A program made the translations under genes and the position numbers. A stretch of DNA of 64,000 nucleotides. Origin: an uncultured Candidatus Kuenenia sp. Lineage in GTDB: Bacteria > Planctomycetota > Planctomycetia > Pirellulales > UBA1268. Each line of letters opens with the position of its first letter. The first letter of the stretch is position 1. Under the pieces are notes generated by a model. The model saw only the letters and a program-made list of their open reading frames with translations, was not told the DNA's origin and searched no databases. The stretch is from contig CAZJHQ010000001.1 in NCBI GenBank assembly GCA_964545915.1, positions 248,341 to 312,340 on the forward strand, read 5' to 3'. Positions 59,065-64,000 of this stretch are shown piece by piece.

Positions 59065-59534
59065 GGTCTCCTCGAGGGGCGGGGGATGGGCCAGAACACA
59101 GCCGGGTTCCGTGGCTCACAAGCGACTCTTGTCCGGGGGCAATTGTCGCCCTCATCCCCGCGAAAGGCGAGCCCCGCCCGAAACCCCTCTCGCGAACTAC
59201 CACAGCCATTGGTCCCGGAGATGGCTCCGGAGGGGCGGCAGGATGGGATTTCCGCACCGTTTTCATGGTGGAGGAAAAGCCGCTTGACGGCTTTGGCGGT
59301 CACGCTACATTCACGCCCCGGCCAACAGGAAGTGGTCAGCGGGACGTCCGACCCAACATCTTGCGATAGCATGCAGATGGAGCTGCTTTCCGGCGTTCGC
59401 GTTTTTCCGCCGCCTCCCGCCGGCTGAGGGGGTTCAATTGGTTCCGATCCCCGGCCGATAATCGCTTGTAGAACGACTATACGCAAGTATACTTACCGGG
59501 CTCGATACTTTTCCCCGCAAGGAGCACCGCCCCT

Positions 59535-62500
59535 ATGGCCGCTTTCGACGCATCCGCCACCCTCCCCGGCCCCCAGACCTCCGGCACCGGGGCGAACCCC
59601 GCCGCAGAGCGGACAGCGATCGAAATCCGGCCCACATTCTGCCCGGTCGACGTGGACACCCCCTTTGACACGACCGAGTGGGAACTGCGGACGGCCGCCA
59701 TCAAGGGGGAGGATGGCAAGGTGCTCTTCGAGCAGCCGGCCTGCGAGATTCCGGCCGCCTGGAGCCAGCTCGCCACCAACGTCGTCGTCAGCAAGTATTT
59801 CTACGGTGAAATCCACACGCCGGAGCGCGAACACTCGGTGAAGCAGCTCGTGCATCGCGTCGCCCGCACGATCGCCGACTGGGGCACCAAGGACGGCTAC
59901 TTCAAGACCAAGCAGGACGGCGAGAACTTCTACCGCGACCTGGCCTGGCTCTGCGTCCACCAGCATGGCGCCTTCAACTCCCCGGTCTGGTTCAACGTCG
60001 GCCTGTTCAATCAGTACGGCGTCAAGGGTGCGCCCTGCAACTGGCGCTGGGATGAGGCGAAACGCGACGTCGTCATGCCCGACAACCCCTATGAGTATCC
60101 CCAGGGCAGTGCCTGCTTCATCCAGAGCGTGAAGGACAACATGGAGGACATCATGGACCTCGCCCGCAGCGAGGCCATGCTCTTCAAGTTCGGCTCCGGC
60201 ACCGGCACCGACCTGTCCACGCTCCGCAGCCAGCGCGAGAAGCTCGCCGGCGGCGGCAAGCCCTCCGGCCCGCTGTCCTTCATGCGGGTCTATGACCAGG
60301 TGGCGGCCGTGGTGAAGAGCGGCGGCAAGACCCGCCGGGCCGCCAAGATGCAGTCACTGAAGGTGACGCATCCCGACATCATGGAGTTCATCGAGTGCAA
60401 GAGCAAGGAGGAGAAGAAGGCGCGGATCCTCATCGAGAAGGGGGGCTACGACTCCAACTTCAACGGCGAGGCTTATAGCTCGATCCTCTTCCAGAACGCG
60501 AACCTCTCCGTCCGCGTCACCGACGACTTCATGGAGGCCGCCGACCGCGACGACACCTGGACCACCCGCTGGGTGACGGATTCGTCGAAGGCCGGGCCGA
60601 GTTTCAAGGCCCGCGAGGTCATGAACCGGATGGCTGAGTGCGCCTGGCAGTGTGGCGATCCGGGCGTGCAGTACGACACCACGATCAACCGCTGGCACAC
60701 CTGCCCCAACTCCGGCCGCATCAACGCGTCGAACCCCTGCTCGGAGTACATGTTCCTCGACGACACGGCCTGCAACCTGGCGAGCATCAACCTGATGAAG
60801 TTCCGCAAGCCCGACGGCGTATTCGACGTCGAACGGTTCGCCGCGGCCTGCCGGATCTTCTTCATTGCACAGGAAATCCTCGTCGACCACGCCAGCTATC
60901 CCACGCAGCGGATCGCCCGCAACAGCCATCTCTACCGGCCCCTGGGCCTCGGCTATTCGAATCTCGGCAGCCTGCTGATGGCCGACGGCCTGGCCTACGA
61001 CAGCGATGCCGGCCGCGGCCTGTGCGGCGCCCTGACGGCGATCCTCCACGGGGCGGCCAACCGCACGAGCGCCGAACTGGCGGCGGCGGTCGGCCCGTTC
61101 GAGGGCTTCGCCGCCAACCGCGAGCCGATGCTCGGCGTGATGCGGATGCACCGCGACGCCGTGGAGAAGATCGACCCCTCGTGCCCCAAGACGCTGCACG
61201 ACGCCGCCCGCAAGATCTGGGACGAGGTGCTCGCCGGCGGCCAGCGGCACGGCTACCGCAATGCCCAGGCGACGGTCCTCGCCCCCACCGGCACGATCTC
61301 CTTCCTCATGGACTGCGACACGACGGGCATCGAGCCCGACATCGCACTGGTGAAGTACAAGCAGCTCGCCGGCGGTGGCATGCTCAAGATCGTCAATCAG
61401 ACGGTGCCGCTGGCCCTGCGGACGCTCGGCTATGACGAGCCGACGGTGGAGGGCGTGCTGGCCTACATCGACAAGAACGACACGATCGAGGGGGCGCCCG
61501 GTCTCAAGGACCAGCACCTGGCCGTCTTCGACTGTGCCTTCAAGCCGCGGCTCGGCAAGCGGAGCATCGCCTGGCAGGCCCACGTGAAGATGATGGCGGC
61601 TGCCCAGCCGTTCATCTCGGGGGCGATCTCGAAGACCGTGAACATGCCACGGGAGACCACACCCGCCGATATCGCCGGCGCCTACATGGAAGGCTGGCGG
61701 ATGGGACTCAAGGCCCTGGCGATCTATCGCGACGGGTCAAAGGAGAGCCAGCCGCTCAACACCAGCACCGAGACCGACAAGGCGGCCGCCAAGGTGACCG
61801 CCGCCCCGCGGCGTGAGCGGCTGCCTGACACGCGGCGCAGCGTGACCCACAAGTTCAACGTGGGGGGCCACGAGGGCTACATCACCGTCGGCCTCTACGA
61901 CGACGGGCGGCCGGGCGAACTGTTCATCACGATGGCGAAGGAAGGCAGCACGATCGGCGGCCTGATGGACGCCTTCGGCACCGCCGTGTCGATGAGCCTG
62001 CAATACGGCGTGCCGCTGGAGGTGTATGTCAAGAAGTTCTCGCACACGCGGTTCGAGCCGTGGGGCTATACGAAGAACCCCGACATCCCGGTGGCGAAGA
62101 GCCTCGTCGATTATCTCTTCCGTTGGATGGGCACCGAGTTCATTCCGGGCTATCGCGAGGCGAACCGACCCGGCGGGTATGGCGGCGGCGAGGAGGCCGC
62201 CGCGGGTGACGACACGGAAACGGAGCGCAAGCCCGCCGCCACGACGGCGAGCGGGCTGGCCGATGGTCAAGGAAAGGCCAAGAGCACCGGCGAGACGACC
62301 GTGAGCCGCGGGAAGCATCCGGCGGGCACCAACGGGCATGCCGCCACGGCACAAAAAACCGCGGCCAAGGCCTCGGCGGCGTTGCTGGAGCGGGCCGGCC
62401 TCAAGATGGCGGTCGATCCGGCCGCCAGCCCGGCCGACCGGCAGAGCCAGTTTGCCAAGTTCCAGATCGACGCGCCGGCCTGCGACAACTGCGGCTCGAT

Positions 62501-62564
62501 CACGGTCCGCAACGGCAACTGTTATCTGTGCCACAACTGCGGCAACAGCATGGGGTGCTCGTGA
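59535..62564 (+). CDS. nrdJ: Class II (adenosylcobalamin-dependent) ribonucleotide reductase
   Basis: 1,009 aa. ...NPCSEYMFLDDTACNLASINL..., ...GLGYSNLG..., ...ISKTVNMP.... C-terminal Cys cluster CDNCGSITVRNGNCYLCHNCGNSMGCS. AAGGAG RBS. Confidence 0.9.
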   Translation: MAAFDASATLPGPQTSGTGANPAAERTAIEIRPTFCPVDVDTPFDTTEWELRTAAIKGEDGKVLFEQPACEIPAAWSQLATNVVVSKYFYGEIHTPEREHSVKQLVHRVARTIADWGTKDGYFKTKQDGENFYRDLAWLCVHQHGAFNSPVWFNVGLFNQYGVKGAPCNWRWDEAKRDVVMPDNPYEYPQGSACFIQSVKDNMEDIMDLARSEAMLFKFGSGTGTDLSTLRSQREKLAGGGKPSGPLSFMRVYDQVAAVVKSGGKTRRAAKMQSLKVTHPDIMEFIECKSKEEKKARILIEKGGYDSNFNGEAYSSILFQNANLSVRVTDDFMEAADRDDTWTTRWVTDSSKAGPSFKAREVMNRMAECAWQCGDPGVQYDTTINRWHTCPNSGRINASNPCSEYMFLDDTACNLASINLMKFRKPDGVFDVERFAAACRIFFIAQEILVDHASYPTQRIARNSHLYRPLGLGYSNLGSLLMADGLAYDSDAGRGLCGALTAILHGAANRTSAELAAAVGPFEGFAANREPMLGVMRMHRDAVEKIDPSCPKTLHDAARKIWDEVLAGGQRHGYRNAQATVLAPTGTISFLMDCDTTGIEPDIALVKYKQLAGGGMLKIVNQTVPLALRTLGYDEPTVEGVLAYIDKNDTIEGAPGLKDQHLAVFDCAFKPRLGKRSIAWQAHVKMMAAAQPFISGAISKTVNMPRETTPADIAGAYMEGWRMGLKALAIYRDGSKESQPLNTSTETDKAAAKVTAAPRRERLPDTRRSVTHKFNVGGHEGYITVGLYDDGRPGELFITMAKEGSTIGGLMDAFGTAVSMSLQYGVPLEVYVKKFSHTRFEPWGYTKNPDIPVAKSLVDYLFRWMGTEFIPGYREANRPGGYGGGEEAAAGDDTETERKPAATTASGLADGQGKAKSTGETTVSRGKHPAGTNGHAATAQKTAAKASAALLERAGLKMAVDPAASPADRQSQFAKFQIDAPACDNCGSITVRNGNCYLCHNCGNSMGCS

Positions 62565-63031
62565 ACGCCCGTTGAACGGCCATGCCGATCGTAGGGCCGG
62601 CACGAAAAAACGGTGGAGGCGGCGGAGGTGACGGGTCGATGTTTGGTGCAGCGAAACTCGACCTGTCGCCGCATTCCGTCGGAGGTGCCAACCCCCTTGC
62701 GTTGATCCGGATCCCCTGACGCCCCGTGGCATTCGCCGCCGGGCACGATCCGCATCAGTCTCGCAGTGTTCTACCCCGTTCGCAGGCGGACGACAGGATC
62801 GATTCATGGGGCCGTGGCGGCCAAGGTCGCCACGGCCCTTTTTCGTGCGCCAGCCCAAAGTCCCCGGCGACGCAGCACGCCTGAAAAGGTGCGGTCGTGC
62901 CGGTCGTGCGGCGTGGGGCGGCGGCGTTTGCCGGGCGCCAAAACGGGAATTAGCATACATCTGTCCGGTGAGCGACGCGGCGGTGGCGGCCGCGTCCGAT
63001 CGATGCCGGACGACTCTCCGGGAGGTGACTC

Positions 63032-64000
63032 GTGCGTCGGCCGCTCCACTGCCTGATTGTGGCGGTTTTGATCTTCTCGCTCTCGGTCGACACAGCCAGG
63101 GCCTGCTGGCATCTGCGTCGCGCCCACCGCGTCCATGCCATGCATGGCTGTCCCCCTGCGCCTGCCTGCCAGGGTGGATGGTCGATGGCCGTCGTGGTGT
63201 CCGACGTCGCCGTGGGATGTGGCTCGGCCGTCGATCCCTGCATGGGTCCTGTGTTTTCCGGCCACAGTCGCTTCAGCGCGGGGCACTTCGTGGAGGAGAG
63301 CGTCTGCGGCCCGGTCGTGGAATGCTGTGACGGACCGGTCGCCCGCGTGGCGACTCAAGTCGTCGCCGCCGAGCAGGCGTTCATGGCCGCGGAATCCGCT
63401 CCGGTCGTGGCGGCCCCCGCACCGCAGCCGGCCTTCCAGGCGCCGGCCGTGGTGGCGGAGAGCATTGCCCCGACGGCGCCGGCGGCCGCGGAACCGGTCC
63501 GCGCGCCCGGCCCCATCGAGCCCGTGCCGGCGGCGAAAGGCGAGCAGTCGGTCGTGTCCGTGGCCGAACCGCAGCCCGTCAATCCGCTCCCCCAGGCTGA
63601 GCGGACCGTGCAGCCGGCATCGGCCGACACGCCCGTCGAACCGCTGTTTCCCGAGCCCGTTGTGCCCGCTCCGGAAAAGCCGGCCGTGCGGGTGAAAGAA
63701 TCCGCACCCGAGGATCAAGTTGCAGCCGAGCCGGTCATCCCGGAACTGCGTCCGGAGGCACCCGCGCCGCCGGTCGCCGAACCGGCGGCACAGCCTGCCG
63801 GCGACGTGACGAACACCCCGGCCGTCGCCCCGGAGCCGCCCACGCCCAAGGAGCCGGACGTGCGGGAAGAGGTGAAAGAGGAAGTCGCGCCGCCGGTCGC
63901 GCCCGAGGAGCCGGCCGAGCCCAACCTCTTCGAGGAGGTGGAGGCGACCCCGGTGCCTCCCGCCACCGCCTCCGAGGTTTTCGGTCCGATTCCTGTCGAG
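63032..64000 (+). CDS. Secreted Pro/Ala/Glu-rich protein (3' end outside window)
   Basis: GGGAGG then GTG at 63032. Signal peptide RRPLHCLIVAVLIFSLSVDTARA. The frame is open to the window end, so it is absent from the ORF track, which lists only closed ORFs. Confidence 0.6.
   Translation, partial: MRRPLHCLIVAVLIFSLSVDTARACWHLRRAHRVHAMHGCPPAPACQGGWSMAVVVSDVAVGCGSAVDPCMGPVFSGHSRFSAGHFVEESVCGPVVECCDGPVARVATQVVAAEQAFMAAESAPVVAAPAPQPAFQAPAVVAESIAPTAPAAAEPVRAPGPIEPVPAAKGEQSVVSVAEPQPVNPLPQAERTVQPASADTPVEPLFPEPVVPAPEKPAVRVKESAPEDQVAAEPVIPELRPEAPAPPVAEPAAQPAGDVTNTPAVAPEPPTPKEPDVREEVKEEVAPPVAPEEPAEPNLFEEVEATPVPPATASEVFGPIPVE

Noticed and set aside
59290-59534. Cobalamin riboswitch upstream of nrdJ
   Set aside because: Only a vague resemblance (acaggaagtggtcagc). 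No B12 box or the expected helices could be traced by eye, and B12 riboswitches normally control B12-independent RNRs rather than nrdJ.
1-64000. CRISPR arrays, rRNA genes, intact prophage or intact IS elements
   Set aside because: No regularly spaced short repeats, no rRNA-like sequence and no phage structural genes were seen. The only transposase is a ~75-codon remnant and the only recombinase is frameshifted.

Overview
GC-rich bacterial chromosome. Gene content (truncated DUF1559-type prepilin leader, PQQ-propeller, TPR and secreted Pro-rich proteins) suggests Planctomycetota, but that is inference only. All family calls were made by eye from the supplied translations; no searches were run.

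Layout:
- 0-10 kb: a partner-switching pair (STAS antagonist and RsbW-like kinase), tRNA-Asn, and a persulfide/sulfide detoxification cluster. The cluster holds a SqrR/BigR-like ArsR repressor divergent from SQR, plus PDO-rhodanese, a rhodanese protein, TauE and DsrE-like genes. Next to it is a cytochrome bd-like protein fused to a c-type haem domain.
- About 10.3-11.4 kb: decayed fragments (DUF167 piece, transposase remnant).
- About 15.6-37.3 kb: an accessory/defence island, which is the most interesting part.
  - (a) Six copies or fragments of the 3' end of a DUF2075 ATPase gene. Each is followed by a different convergent toxin-antitoxin or effector cassette: HicAB, PIN plus partner, a small toxin-like protein plus DUF2283, Fic plus a low-GC endonuclease, and DUF4160/DUF2442. 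Each cassette is headed by the same promoter-like motif.
  - (b) A lower-GC PLD-SF2 helicase-DUF3427 enzyme, translationally coupled to a 5'-truncated paralogue of its neighbour.
  - (c) A 1,280-aa single-chain fusion of HIT hydrolase, PLD nuclease, SF2 helicase, a beta-rich putative DNA-binding segment and a LexA-type S24 autopeptidase. I do not recognise this as any described system.
  - Hairpin repeats are inserted in frame in these genes. Divergent TTGACA promoter modules drive different TA-like pairs.
- 37-64 kb: mostly housekeeping genes (TspO, Ntn hydrolase, nitroreductase, PEBP, TPR protein, lipase, TPP decarboxylase, CPA2 antiporter, Fur, DJ-1/PfpI, class II RNR nrdJ).
  - This stretch is interrupted by a frameshifted large serine recombinase.
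  - Two pairs of direct repeats flank it.
  - A patch of gene fragments lies at 53.1-54.2 kb.

No CRISPR array or rRNA was seen.
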